A model generated the notes under the pieces. That model ran no database searches. It saw nothing but the letters and a program-made list of their open reading frames with translations, and was not told the DNA's origin. Shown here piece by piece: positions 25,911-36,387 of a stretch of 64,000 nucleotides of DNA (the first letter of the stretch is position 1; each line of letters opens with the position of its first letter). A program made the translations under genes and the position numbers. Where the stretch lies: positions 10,988 through 74,987 of IMG/VR virus record IMGVR_UViG_3300028805_000065; one strand, written 5' to 3'. Source of the DNA: a virus. Taxonomy: Duplodnaviria > Heunggongvirae > Uroviricota > Caudoviricetes.

Positions 25911-28286
25911 TTAATGAGTCCAAAATTTAACTTCTGTTTGACCATTAGAATTTGACCATATATTATTTGTTCCTTTAAAAGTAAGAAGTTGCTGTGGTGT
26001 GAGTTGATAGTGAATTGGTTCTAAGAGTTCATAGCAAGCATGGATGGGATTCTGTGAAAGTGCATCTTTCAAATCCTGCGCAGTTGGATATAACGCTTGT
26101 GTCCCACTAAGTGCTACATAATAATTTGAGTTATAACCATGTGCTGAATACGAATCGCATATTACGTTATCCTGTCCGTTCTTTTTTTTAGGAAATCCGT
26201 TTGAGGGTTGTAATGCAAAACGATATACATCGCTACCATAAGCACTCCACGGTTCGTCACCATCAAATGTCTGATAGGTATAAGTGCCAACTAATTCTTC
26301 TTTAGCCAAATCAACATATCCACCATATACAGTTCCAACATTATCCGTCCAATTGATAGGAATTGATGTATATAAGTCACCATTGACAGCACTGACTGTT
26401 GTTACTTCACCTGTATTATATTCATACCAATCTTTTGGAAATAAATTGAAGAAATATTCTTTTCCAGCGCCAGACTTAGATTCCTCTAAGTCATAAATAT
26501 AATCAGCCATTTCTTCACCAAAAAGCATTGTTAAATCAATGATTTGTGGTCTTGCCACTGCGTCTACTGTAACATCTTTCGTTAATACTCTAAAAGAAAA
26601 TTGATTTATTGATACAGTTGGTTTTGCAAAAGCGCCATCATATGAAGTAGTGGTTGCTTTAATAGAACCAGAATTAGAAAGAACCATTTGTAAATATTGA
26701 GTTCCCTCACCAATTGCTCGTGCTGAAAACCAATAAACATGATTTGCTTCCCATGATGGAGATTGAATTTGTCTTCTTCTAGCGGCAGTACCACTAGTTG
26801 TATTACTTGTACCTTTTATTTCCCATGTACCATTATCTAATTTTGTATATGTAATTCCACCATTTGTGCCAGTTGAACCACTTCCACTATAAAGTTGATT
26901 CCAAGCAATACTTCCCCCATATTTTGGGTCATTATATATATTGACCCCAGTCCAGCCACTGATTGGTCTTATATTATCTGGACTAGGGTCGCCCTCACCT
27001 TCTTGGATGGGTTCAAAATAAACCTTACATTCTTTTAAAGGTGCTTTCATGTCTGTTGTAAAATTAGCAATATCTCCGCTTACAGATTCAATATGAGGCT
27101 GATTTAGTATAATCTTTTTTTTAGCCTTTTGAATATCTTCAGTTTCTTTTAACTCATATTCAACTTCAACATAATCAGCATTTGACCAGAAATTATTTTG
27201 ACCTACAAATGATTTAAGTTGGGTTGGAGTGAGTTGGTGAGTGATTGGAGTTGCAAGTTCATAAGCAATATATAATCCACCACCATTTATTTCAGCATCT
27301 TGTACAGCTGTTTTAAAATCATCTAAACTTGTTATAGTATTTGGTACACTAAAATAAATACGATATTGAGATGCATAAATATTTTTATTATGAATAGAAA
27401 TGGGGAACATATTGCATAAACCTTCAACACCACCACTTATTATTCTTTCACCAATTGATTTATATTTCCAATTGCGAACCCAAACTGCATTAGTATCAAA
27501 GTATGTAATATTAGAACTATATCCACAACTTAATGATTCAAGCTGTTCAGATGTCATTTGTTCATATGTCATATCTTCAACTAATTCCCCACTAATTAAA
27601 TCAATATAACCACCATAAACCGTATCTATATCATTTGACCAATCAATTGAAATATCATTAACACTACTAGGATATACAACACTTATATCATCAAGTTCTT
27701 TTTCACAAACCGCAAGTCCACATAAATATATTTCACCACTATTGTTATATGTACAATAAATACCACTTACTGTTTTATTAACTTTACTTGTAACTGTTTG
27801 CCTTTTCCAAGTATCATTAACAGCAAATATACCACCTAAAGATGATGTCCCATCGGTATATTTAAAACCAAATTTTAATCCTTGAAGAGAATTGCCACTT
27901 ACCGTTTTTAACCATACGGATACATTATATTGAACATTTTCTTTAAAAGGATTACCAATAAATGGATAACCGTTTTTAAATTTTGTATAAAACTTATTTA
28001 CATTTCCTTTATAAACAGGAACTCCACAATACATTGTATTACCATTATCAGAAGATAAAATCCATCCAGAAGCTTCTGTAATATATGACTGGTCAAGTAG
28101 ATTGACAGATGATTTTGCTACTTCGACACCATTCCAACCCACAATCTCCCTAATATTCTCAGGACTGGGGTCACCAGTCCCAAGTTGTTTAGGGCTAAAA
28201 TGTACTTTTAAAGATTTTATATTCGTTTTTGCTGGAGTCATGAAACTTGCAATTTCACCACTTGTTTTTGCTGTTACATTGCCCAT
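25911..28286 (-). CDS. modular fibre/adhesin protein C (two scaffold modules with inserted putative CBMs)
   Basis: Two copies of SG.IA.F / DPSP.NIR.I.GW / TVYGGY.DL / YEL..P...QLTP.QL....G.NN.W; GGGGTGA RBS before the ATG at 28286. Confidence 0.75.
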   Translation of the reverse strand: MGNVTAKTSGEIASFMTPAKTNIKSLKVHFSPKQLGTGDPSPENIREIVGWNGVEVAKSSVNLLDQSYITEASGWILSSDNGNTMYCGVPVYKGNVNKFYTKFKNGYPFIGNPFKENVQYNVSVWLKTVSGNSLQGLKFGFKYTDGTSSLGGIFAVNDTWKRQTVTSKVNKTVSGIYCTYNNSGEIYLCGLAVCEKELDDISVVYPSSVNDISIDWSNDIDTVYGGYIDLISGELVEDMTYEQMTSEQLESLSCGYSSNITYFDTNAVWVRNWKYKSIGERIISGGVEGLCNMFPISIHNKNIYASQYRIYFSVPNTITSLDDFKTAVQDAEINGGGLYIAYELATPITHQLTPTQLKSFVGQNNFWSNADYVEVEYELKETEDIQKAKKKIILNQPHIESVSGDIANFTTDMKAPLKECKVYFEPIQEGEGDPSPDNIRPISGWTGVNIYNDPKYGGSIAWNQLYSGSGSTGTNGGITYTKLDNGTWEIKGTSNTTSGTAARRRQIQSPSWEANHVYWFSARAIGEGTQYLQMVLSNSGSIKATTTSYDGAFAKPTVSINQFSFRVLTKDVTVDAVARPQIIDLTMLFGEEMADYIYDLEESKSGAGKEYFFNLFPKDWYEYNTGEVTTVSAVNGDLYTSIPINWTDNVGTVYGGYVDLAKEELVGTYTYQTFDGDEPWSAYGSDVYRFALQPSNGFPKKKNGQDNVICDSYSAHGYNSNYYVALSGTQALYPTAQDLKDALSQNPIHACYELLEPIHYQLTPQQLLTFKGTNNIWSNSNGQTEVKFWTH

Positions 28287-31200
28287 GTCATCACCCCACA
28301 ATATATTCCATCTGTAATGCACATTTCATAAATTGTATTTGCTTCAACTTCAACCCACCATTCGGGCATCTTAACAGTTGATGGAAGAGTTAATACAGTA
28401 GGAGATGAGCCACTTGTAAATCTAAAATCAATTGTTCCTGTTTCGGGTGGAGTAACTGTAAGTGATAATACTTCACCACAATTATAACGATATGATGGTT
28501 GACCAGTAATAGTTACATCTGTTCCAGTTATTTCTTCAACAAATGAATCATATGTATCGTGAACGCCTAACATTTGTTTAATTGCAGTTTTGGCTTCATC
28601 TGTATATATACCTACCACATTTGAAGAAGAGGACATATCTACACCAGCCGCTTTGGTTAAACCGTAAAATGTAGATGAATGCTGAGTAGAAGGTGTTATT
28701 GGTCGATTGATATCTGTGCCAATTTTATTTAAATCATTATCAGAGGGGAGTATTTTTACAATTCCACTCGAAGAAACCATTAGTCCACTTCCGACCTTCA
28801 TCAAACCTAATGAAGTAAGACTAGCAATCGGAACATTTGCCACTCCATCACTTACGATAGAAGTTCCATCAATTTGTACATCACTAACATAATCATTTAA
28901 TTTTTCTTCTTTGGCATATGAATTTAAATTTGCTTTAATATAATCTACTAAATCTTTATCTACTTGAGAGAAATATTCACAAGAAATATCCCCTGTGTCC
29001 GCAAAGATATTATTCTGACCGTAAAGAGAGTTGATGGTGTGAGCGTCTAACTGTACTTCAATCGGCTCAATCGGAATGGTCAGAGTAACAGGATTTTCCG
29101 CAAGCCAAGCATTGAGTTTTTCTTTGGCTGTCGTTGTGGTTTCTTGCGTGTAATCTGTGATTCCGAGCAAATCATTGGCAATCTTGATGTGTATCTGATT
29201 TTGGTTAATTGCAAATACATTTGGCTCAGATACTCCACTAGTCCATATTGCTTTTGCTTGGAATTTTAATTTGTTGCAGTACTGTGTCGACTGTAATAAA
29301 GGATTAAGTCGAGGTTGTATATCGCTATCAAGCACATACCCGTCAACCCCATCAGAATGGATGTATGAAGATGCAACATTACTTATCGTATCTACCATCC
29401 TAATCTTACGATTTACTCTCATCACCCCACTCAACACATCCAATTTACCACCGTATACAGTTCCTGCTTCTGTTTCCCAGTTGACATTAATTATGCGTCC
29501 TTTGTAGGGTTCGTATTCTGTGGCGGTATTACCAATCTCAAGCTGTACATCCGTAAATCCACCACCTGTCAGGTTAGAAACAATGCGGACATAGCAATCA
29601 TACTTGATGGTCATCGTGTATGCTTTATTGCCAGATGCGATGTTTGCTCCTGCATAGTAGCATTTGGCAGATGAGTTATACGTAAAACCCGAAATGGGAG
29701 TGTCGGAATAATCAGTATAAATCGTTCCGTTTGCGTCCATCATACGGACTCCAAAACGGTGAGTATCTGCACACGAGTAACTCAGAGTATATGTGCCTTG
29801 TTTAAGATAAAAGCAGTTATCAACGGTTGCTGTCCCATCGTTAAAGCGGATAACTGGTAAAGCTAACAGATTCTTCCCCGTCTGCGGAATATTTGCTTCT
29901 GTCCAACCATTAATAGGACAAATATTCTCATAAGGAGTAAAAGTTGCATCTGTTTCACTTGCTTTACGAATCATGGGATAAAACGTTTCACCATCTTGAT
30001 AATCAGAAGTACCGATAATCGGATATACTCTAAGTTCCGTTTCTTCGGTAAGAGTAAATTCAACATCTAATCCACCATAAACATTCGCATAAAAAACCGA
30101 AACATCTGGACTGGCAACAACCATTCTACTTGCTGTTCTTTCACCAAGAGCAAAGCCGTTTGCTTTATATGTTCCAGCAGGAAGTGTTAACGTTCCAAAG
30201 ACAAGCGTTCCTATATTTCCTGTAGGTGTTCCAGTAAATTTGACGCTACCATCACTATTTACAGTAACAGTTACACCGTTAACCGTAGTACTCTGCATTG
30301 TAGTCTGGAACAAATTCTTTCCTGTACCACCAATCCAAGGCTTATCATAGCCATGTAAATCTTGAGTTGGATTAATATCAACTACTAATTCTTTTAATGG
30401 GATATTATCTAATCCATCATCAAAACTTGCAACTGCACCCGATGCACTTTTCTCGACAATGCTTACGTTATCTTGTACATCTTCTTTAGTCGCATAGTCA
30501 TCTAAAATGTCATTAGTATTAACTTCTTCAACATTAACTCCAACATTAACAGCATCACCAGCTTTTAAATCTGTAATTACTTTATATAAAGTTTCACCTA
30601 TATAAAATAAATCACCTACACTATGTGCATTTGCAACAAGTTCTGTTTCAGATTCAGCTATCCATTCTTTTGGAGAATATTTGTCGGTGATGCCTAACAT
30701 ATCTTGAATTGAAGATTTGGCATTGTCAGAGTAAGTACCAAACGCAAGAGTTGAATCTTTTTCGTCTGCTCCAGCAGCTTTAGCAAGACCGTAGAATGTA
30801 GCCATATGCTGACTATATGGAACAATCGGTTTATAACTATTTGTACCAATTTTTATTTCTGAATCATTCCCCCTATTTATAACAGCAAGATTACTACTAT
30901 TCTTTTGTATACCGTAATTTCCATTAATTTTAACTACACCAAATTTATCACTATTGGCTAAAGGAATATTTGCTATATTATCACTAACTATAGATGTACC
31001 ATTAACTTGTACATCAGTCAAATACCCACTCAAATCAATTTTCATACTGCCAAACATTTCCCAAGCACCGTTCACATAAACCCATTCAGTAAATAAATCT
31101 GGACTTGTTCCATCTTCAGTAGGTACTAAATAAAATGTTTTATCATTTGGATTTGCTATAGTAGGAATTCTAGTTTCTGAATCATACTCACTTGCGCTAC

Positions 31201-31414
31201 AAATATGAATTTCCATATCTGTAGCTGGTTCTCCCTTTTCACCTTTTTCACCCCTAATAGAGGGTGTTGTATAAGTTGTCCCATCGGTAAATGTAAGAGT
31301 AAGAGTGTAATCATTATTTAGAACAGCAGAAGATATGCCATTACCATTATCACCTTTTAATGTAGGCACTCCTACCCAATTACCTTGAGAATCTTTTAAT
31401 TTTAATATACTCAT
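28274..31414 (-). CDS. modular fibre/adhesin protein B (collagen-like start, one scaffold module)
   Basis: GEKGEKGE repeat, VDINPTQDLHGYD..W.GG.GKNL, YENICPINGW, GTVYGGKLDVL. Confidence 0.8.
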   Translation of the reverse strand: MSILKLKDSQGNWVGVPTLKGDNGNGISSAVLNNDYTLTLTFTDGTTYTTPSIRGEKGEKGEPATDMEIHICSASEYDSETRIPTIANPNDKTFYLVPTEDGTSPDLFTEWVYVNGAWEMFGSMKIDLSGYLTDVQVNGTSIVSDNIANIPLANSDKFGVVKINGNYGIQKNSSNLAVINRGNDSEIKIGTNSYKPIVPYSQHMATFYGLAKAAGADEKDSTLAFGTYSDNAKSSIQDMLGITDKYSPKEWIAESETELVANAHSVGDLFYIGETLYKVITDLKAGDAVNVGVNVEEVNTNDILDDYATKEDVQDNVSIVEKSASGAVASFDDGLDNIPLKELVVDINPTQDLHGYDKPWIGGTGKNLFQTTMQSTTVNGVTVTVNSDGSVKFTGTPTGNIGTLVFGTLTLPAGTYKANGFALGERTASRMVVASPDVSVFYANVYGGLDVEFTLTEETELRVYPIIGTSDYQDGETFYPMIRKASETDATFTPYENICPINGWTEANIPQTGKNLLALPVIRFNDGTATVDNCFYLKQGTYTLSYSCADTHRFGVRMMDANGTIYTDYSDTPISGFTYNSSAKCYYAGANIASGNKAYTMTIKYDCYVRIVSNLTGGGFTDVQLEIGNTATEYEPYKGRIINVNWETEAGTVYGGKLDVLSGVMRVNRKIRMVDTISNVASSYIHSDGVDGYVLDSDIQPRLNPLLQSTQYCNKLKFQAKAIWTSGVSEPNVFAINQNQIHIKIANDLLGITDYTQETTTTAKEKLNAWLAENPVTLTIPIEPIEVQLDAHTINSLYGQNNIFADTGDISCEYFSQVDKDLVDYIKANLNSYAKEEKLNDYVSDVQIDGTSIVSDGVANVPIASLTSLGLMKVGSGLMVSSSGIVKILPSDNDLNKIGTDINRPITPSTQHSSTFYGLTKAAGVDMSSSSNVVGIYTDEAKTAIKQMLGVHDTYDSFVEEITGTDVTITGQPSYRYNCGEVLSLTVTPPETGTIDFRFTSGSSPTVLTLPSTVKMPEWWVEVEANTIYEMCITDGIYCGVMTWAM

Positions 31415-31430
31415 TTATTTAATCACCCCC

Positions 31431-34400
31431 TTATGTTAATGCTGAAATTGCTTCGGTGATTTTCTTGTTAATATATAATTTTGTATCTGCACGATACTCG
31501 ACTTCCGTATTGCCTGTGTCCGTAAAGATGTTGTTCTGTCCAAGCAGTGAGCGGACTTCTGTGGGAGTGAGTTGGATTTCGATTGGTTCTGCAAGTTCAT
31601 AGCAAGCCATAGGATGGTTGTTAGCAATCCACGTTACAACCTCTGACGAATCTTGTGCTACGGTTTTCGGAACTTTTACGGCAATCGTTGAAGATGTCGG
31701 ATAACCTCTAATAGAGAATACTTCCGAATCTGTAGCGCTCGTTTCCGTGCCTGTTTTCAGCATATTACTGATGATATTTGTCCGCCCCCCTTTTTTGCCA
31801 GTAAGAGTACACCGAATTTCAATAGCATTTTGTCCGAACATGTTGTTAGCCCACCCAGACAGCGTGGCAAGGTCAATGTCTGCCCATTCAATCCTCATCA
31901 ACCCTCTCAGCACATCCAATTTGCCACCATACACTGTGCCTGCTTCGGTCTGCCATGAGATGGGGACGGTCTGTCCGTTGTAGGGTTCGTATGGTGTGAC
32001 GGTTGAACCGACTTCTATCTGCCAGTGGAAATCGGCGAAGGTAACAGTATTACTTGGGTTTCTCTCTACAATCTCGACATAACCATCCTCTCTAACTGTC
32101 TGTGTTATAGGACGTGACGCTTTAACGTTATTCCCCGCTCCTTGCGAACTATTAGGCTGTCTGAAATATACAGGCAGTCCAGTTGCCGTTGTAGCATCAT
32201 CACAATCCGTACTCATTGTCAAAACAGTCCCAACTGGCGCATAAAAAGGGATGACGTTCCACGCCACTTGGTCTTTCATGAGTGTCGGGTCAAGCAGGTT
32301 CTTTCCACTCGCATTAACCGTCATTCCTGTCCATCCGCTTATAGGGCAGATGTTTTCGTAGGGAGCGAACGAAGTGGCTGAAGACCCTTCCTCAATCTGA
32401 ATGTTGGTATACGTTCCCGCACCCGATACATAGATTTTCACGAATGCGCTTGCGTTTGGTAGAGTGAAAGTATATGGGATTACATGACTTCCCGTCACCA
32501 TTGCCGTACCGTCAGCATCCGTAATGGATAGGCTTGCACTCGTGCTTGCCCCACTTGACGATGTGAAACTTATGGTATATGTCCCTGCAGGAAGAGCCAG
32601 TGCGCCATTATAAAGATAAGACCCACTGGAAATAGTTATGTCGTGAGCATTGATTTTATTCTTTCCCCCACCGCCTACCCACGGCGAATCATATCCGTGT
32701 AAGTCTTGTACAGGGTTAATATCAACTACAATAGATTTCAGCGGAAGATTGTCAGCACCATCCGAAAAAGATACGACTGCACCCGATGCCGTATCGGTGA
32801 TAACATCAGACTTAATATTTGCTACTTCTGCTAAAGAATTAGCAACATCATTTTTAGATGGAACATCTAACATATTTTGAATAGATGTTTTCGCTTCTTC
32901 GGTGTACTGACCTACTGGCAGTTCTGAATCTTTTTCGTCATGACCAGCAGCTTTAGCCAAACCATAAAATGTTGACATATGTTGATTACCTGCTACAATT
33001 GGTTTACCATAATCCCAACCAGATTTTATACTATTAAGAGATGACCCAACAACATATAATTTATTATTTGCAGTTACAACACCGCCTTCATAACTGCCAT
33101 TAGTGAAAACATCTACTTTTACTACGCCAGCATTATTTTCACTTGCAGTTGGTATTTTAGCTACACCGTCTTGTACAATACTTACATCATTAATTTGCAC
33201 ATCTTGAACAGGAATTTCTGAAATTTGTTCATTAATATATTTTTGAGGGTCAACCCTATATGTTACATAAGAATTCCCTGTATCAGCCCAAATATTATTT
33301 TGACCTAAAAGAGAATCAATCTCATGGGGAGTGAGTTGAGTTTCAATCCAATCTGTCGTATACATCAAATATGTTGCATAATGTCCTGTAATTAATTCTT
33401 TAAATGCCTCTACATCACCGTTAAGAGATGTACATCGAATTCTAAAAGATGTTCCTCTAACGCCTGACGTGCTATTAAAATAGATAATATTATCTAGTTT
33501 AGTTTCACTAGGACGATTTGTTACTGGAGTGAAGCAATCACATGTTATTGTAAGCGTATTATTACTATGTTGCGCTTTTGGTATTACCTTACTTTCAAAA
33601 CAATCTCTATCACTACGATAATTCCATGTTAAATTACCAAGATTAATAAAATCATGTGTTATGGTAAGTACTCCATTCAATACATCAAGCTGTCCACCAT
33701 AAACAGTTCCAACTTCAGACTGCCATGAGATGGGGATGGTCTGCCCTACGTAAGGCTTAAAATCATCGACCGTCAGAACTCCCTCAAAGATTCCGCAATC
33801 TTCGTAATTCAAGACTACCGCATTTGAAGCATTGTTAATCTTAACGAGTGCCAAAACGGTCTTGCCACTTGCTGACGTATATGCTCCTGTTTTTGATGCT
33901 GACGAACCGTCTGTAGTGCCGTTTGTGTAGACCCATCTAACATTCTTTATGTTTCCAGTAGTGCCGATGTTGATGAATGTGTACTGCGTGTCCTCTTTGA
34001 ATTTGACCCCACCGCTTATGATTTTATTTGCGTTGCCGTCCGTTGTGCCTGTGAATGTGACGGTCTTTGCAGTAGTGTCAATAACCGCACTAGGCATTGA
34101 TGCTTTTACCGCATTTGCAAAATCAATACCACCTAACAGATTTTCGTCTGTGTGGTTAAGTTGCATCCCCTCCCATCCGCTTATAGGGCAGATATTTTCG
34201 TAGGGGGCGTAATCAGTACTTTCAGTTCCAATTTCAAGTTGAGGTTTTGTAACTGTCAGTGTTGTTGAAGCAGTTCCACGGTTTGAAAATACAATGTAGT
34301 AATAGGCAGCATTTTCGGGTGGTGTGAGAGATAAACTCAAATTGACTGTTGTATCAGTATAATTATAATCAGTAAGTACTGTATAATTCGCATCAAGATA

Positions 34401-36311
34401 GCCCCTTGACAAGCCTGCCGTTCCTGTAGAACTAAACGTCAGTTTTAAGCGGTATTGTTTGGTTGTATCTATCGGCAATACAACCGAATACTGTTTCCAT
34501 GTAGTCGTAGTATCTAGACTAAATACTCCATCACTACTTTGCGTAAATTGTAAAGAACTATCTTTCAAAGTAATAACCGTACCGACAGTAGGGTTGTATC
34601 CTATACCAGTATATAAATGTGGATTACACAAATTCTTCCCACTTCCACCAACCCAAGGGTGGTCATACCCATTCAAGTTCTGAACAGGATTAATGTCTAC
34701 TGTTAAATTTTCAAGTGGTAATCCATCTACACTGTCATCAAAAGTTGCAATAGCACCACTGACAGTTTTTGTTGGATATGTATTAAGAATCTTTTTATTT
34801 GTTTCTTGTAAATCTGCAATATCTGCAACTAAATCTTCAGATGTACCATCATCATCAGTATCAATCCAAACTTTAATATCTTCATTTTCTGGCTCTTCTG
34901 TACCAATATAAACACCAGATTCACCAGTTTTTCCAGTATCGCCTTTTTCTCCTTGTTGTCCTCTAATAGATGAAGTAGTATATGTCGTATCATCAGTAAA
35001 TGTTATAGTTAATGTATAATCATCATTTAAAGCAATAGAAGCAATACCTCTACCTGTATCGCCTTTTATACCATTTGCATCAACATTAGTATTTATATAT
35101 TCTCCGTTAGTTGCGTCCCAAACATACCAATACTCACCAATAATTTTGGGGTAATGTGTAACATTGGTTTCAGTTTGATTCTTAAATTCTTCGGCTTGAT
35201 TTTTAAAAGTTTCAGCTTGAGATTTAAAAGCTCCAGCTTGAGTTTTATATTCTTCAGATTGATTTTTAAATTCTTCAGCTTGATTTGCGCTTTCAGATGC
35301 ATTAGTTGCAGACTGGTTAGCCTTATTTGCAGACTGACTTGCGTTCTCAGCAGATTCAGAAGCACTTAACGAAGCATTATCTGCTGATATCATACTTTGA
35401 TATGCTTCACGAGCATTTTCAAAAACATTATCAGCGGTATCATCAATTTGAGTTTTTAATAATTGAACATCACCCTTGATAGTTTGAACATCATCTTTTG
35501 CAGTAAGAGCCTCATCTCTATAGCCTTTAGTCTCATCCCTATAATCAACAATGTTCTGCTTTGCCTGTTCCGCTTCATTCTTAAAAGTCTCAGCTTCATC
35601 TCTAAAATCTTTAGCTTCAGCGGATGCATCGGTAGCAACTTGTGCTTTTTGTTTTGCAATATTTTTTGATTCAAGCGCTTCCTGCGCAGATTGACCTGCA
35701 TCTTCAGAATATCTACGTGCGCCCTCTTCAAATTCAGCCGCATTCTGTGCGGAAGTCTCTGAGCGCCGTGAAGCGTCAATAGCATCTTGCGCTTTTTGCT
35801 CAACGGTCACCGCTGTTGCATCAATATTTTCTTTGAGGTCAACAACTTCATCTCTTATATCTGATACTTGCGCTCTATCATCGCCAGTCTTATTTGCATT
35901 TTCAGTTGTAATTTCTACCGCATTATTCAGTTCTGCAATAGCCCTCTCCATTGCAGATTCCTGTTGCGGTAAAGGTTGTTCATCCGTAGGTTCTGCTCTT
36001 TTAATGAGCGGTATCCTAACCTCATATATCGTCTCGCCATCATTGATATCGCTATGGAGATATATCCAAGCATATATCATCTGAGCGCCACTCCAATAAT
36101 ACTCATCAGGTATCTCGACTAATTTATTGCTACCAACTTGAGGTTTTGAATATCCTTTATCCTTGTTTGAAAAATGTACTTCAAACGCTTGTGGTAGATC
36201 CAAATCCGCAAAATACAAAAACTGCCCATGATTATATTGATATTGTGATTTAGAGGTGACTAAATGTTTGCCTTTAAAATATATGTAAATAATATTTTGC
36301 TTCAAAGCCAT
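31431..36311 (-). CDS. modular fibre/adhesin protein A (BppU-like N-terminus, Ala/Ser coiled coil, collagen-like, two scaffold modules)
   Basis: Stf-like SASESAENASQSA repeats, GQQGEKGDTG, two scaffold copies. Confidence 0.8.
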   Translation of the reverse strand: MALKQNIIYIYFKGKHLVTSKSQYQYNHGQFLYFADLDLPQAFEVHFSNKDKGYSKPQVGSNKLVEIPDEYYWSGAQMIYAWIYLHSDINDGETIYEVRIPLIKRAEPTDEQPLPQQESAMERAIAELNNAVEITTENANKTGDDRAQVSDIRDEVVDLKENIDATAVTVEQKAQDAIDASRRSETSAQNAAEFEEGARRYSEDAGQSAQEALESKNIAKQKAQVATDASAEAKDFRDEAETFKNEAEQAKQNIVDYRDETKGYRDEALTAKDDVQTIKGDVQLLKTQIDDTADNVFENAREAYQSMISADNASLSASESAENASQSANKANQSATNASESANQAEEFKNQSEEYKTQAGAFKSQAETFKNQAEEFKNQTETNVTHYPKIIGEYWYVWDATNGEYINTNVDANGIKGDTGRGIASIALNDDYTLTITFTDDTTYTTSSIRGQQGEKGDTGKTGESGVYIGTEEPENEDIKVWIDTDDDGTSEDLVADIADLQETNKKILNTYPTKTVSGAIATFDDSVDGLPLENLTVDINPVQNLNGYDHPWVGGSGKNLCNPHLYTGIGYNPTVGTVITLKDSSLQFTQSSDGVFSLDTTTTWKQYSVVLPIDTTKQYRLKLTFSSTGTAGLSRGYLDANYTVLTDYNYTDTTVNLSLSLTPPENAAYYYIVFSNRGTASTTLTVTKPQLEIGTESTDYAPYENICPISGWEGMQLNHTDENLLGGIDFANAVKASMPSAVIDTTAKTVTFTGTTDGNANKIISGGVKFKEDTQYTFINIGTTGNIKNVRWVYTNGTTDGSSASKTGAYTSASGKTVLALVKINNASNAVVLNYEDCGIFEGVLTVDDFKPYVGQTIPISWQSEVGTVYGGQLDVLNGVLTITHDFINLGNLTWNYRSDRDCFESKVIPKAQHSNNTLTITCDCFTPVTNRPSETKLDNIIYFNSTSGVRGTSFRIRCTSLNGDVEAFKELITGHYATYLMYTTDWIETQLTPHEIDSLLGQNNIWADTGNSYVTYRVDPQKYINEQISEIPVQDVQINDVSIVQDGVAKIPTASENNAGVVKVDVFTNGSYEGGVVTANNKLYVVGSSLNSIKSGWDYGKPIVAGNQHMSTFYGLAKAAGHDEKDSELPVGQYTEEAKTSIQNMLDVPSKNDVANSLAEVANIKSDVITDTASGAVVSFSDGADNLPLKSIVVDINPVQDLHGYDSPWVGGGGKNKINAHDITISSGSYLYNGALALPAGTYTISFTSSSGASTSASLSITDADGTAMVTGSHVIPYTFTLPNASAFVKIYVSGAGTYTNIQIEEGSSATSFAPYENICPISGWTGMTVNASGKNLLDPTLMKDQVAWNVIPFYAPVGTVLTMSTDCDDATTATGLPVYFRQPNSSQGAGNNVKASRPITQTVREDGYVEIVERNPSNTVTFADFHWQIEVGSTVTPYEPYNGQTVPISWQTEAGTVYGGKLDVLRGLMRIEWADIDLATLSGWANNMFGQNAIEIRCTLTGKKGGRTNIISNMLKTGTETSATDSEVFSIRGYPTSSTIAVKVPKTVAQDSSEVVTWIANNHPMACYELAEPIEIQLTPTEVRSLLGQNNIFTDTGNTEVEYRADTKLYINKKITEAISALT
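31950..31973. repeat. junction repeat J3 (24 bp; 23/24 identical to 33720-33743)
   Basis: CTGCCATGAGATGGGGA[C/T]GGTCTG in both copies. Confidence 0.9.
32331..32363. repeat. junction repeat J2 (33 bp; 32/33 identical to 34173-34205)
   Basis: CCATCCGCTTATAGGGCAGAT[G/A]TTTTCGTAGGG in both copies. Confidence 0.9.
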
Positions 36312-36387
36312 TATTTTTCTCCTCACAATTAATTTCCAAATTAAAAGAGGAGAGCGATTTGACTCACTCCCCTCAACATTTTATTAC

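Noticed and set aside
25911-36326. Diversity-generating retroelement target/template in the fibre genes
   Set aside because: No reverse transcriptase in the window, the near-identical repeats are only 15-33 bp, and there is no ~100-bp pair differing specifically at adenines.
24233-36326. Shufflon-type inversion system driven by the adjacent tyrosine recombinase
   Set aside because: All modules and junction repeats are in direct orientation, with no inverted silent cassettes; the recombinase has an adjacent attP-like site and looks like the integrase.
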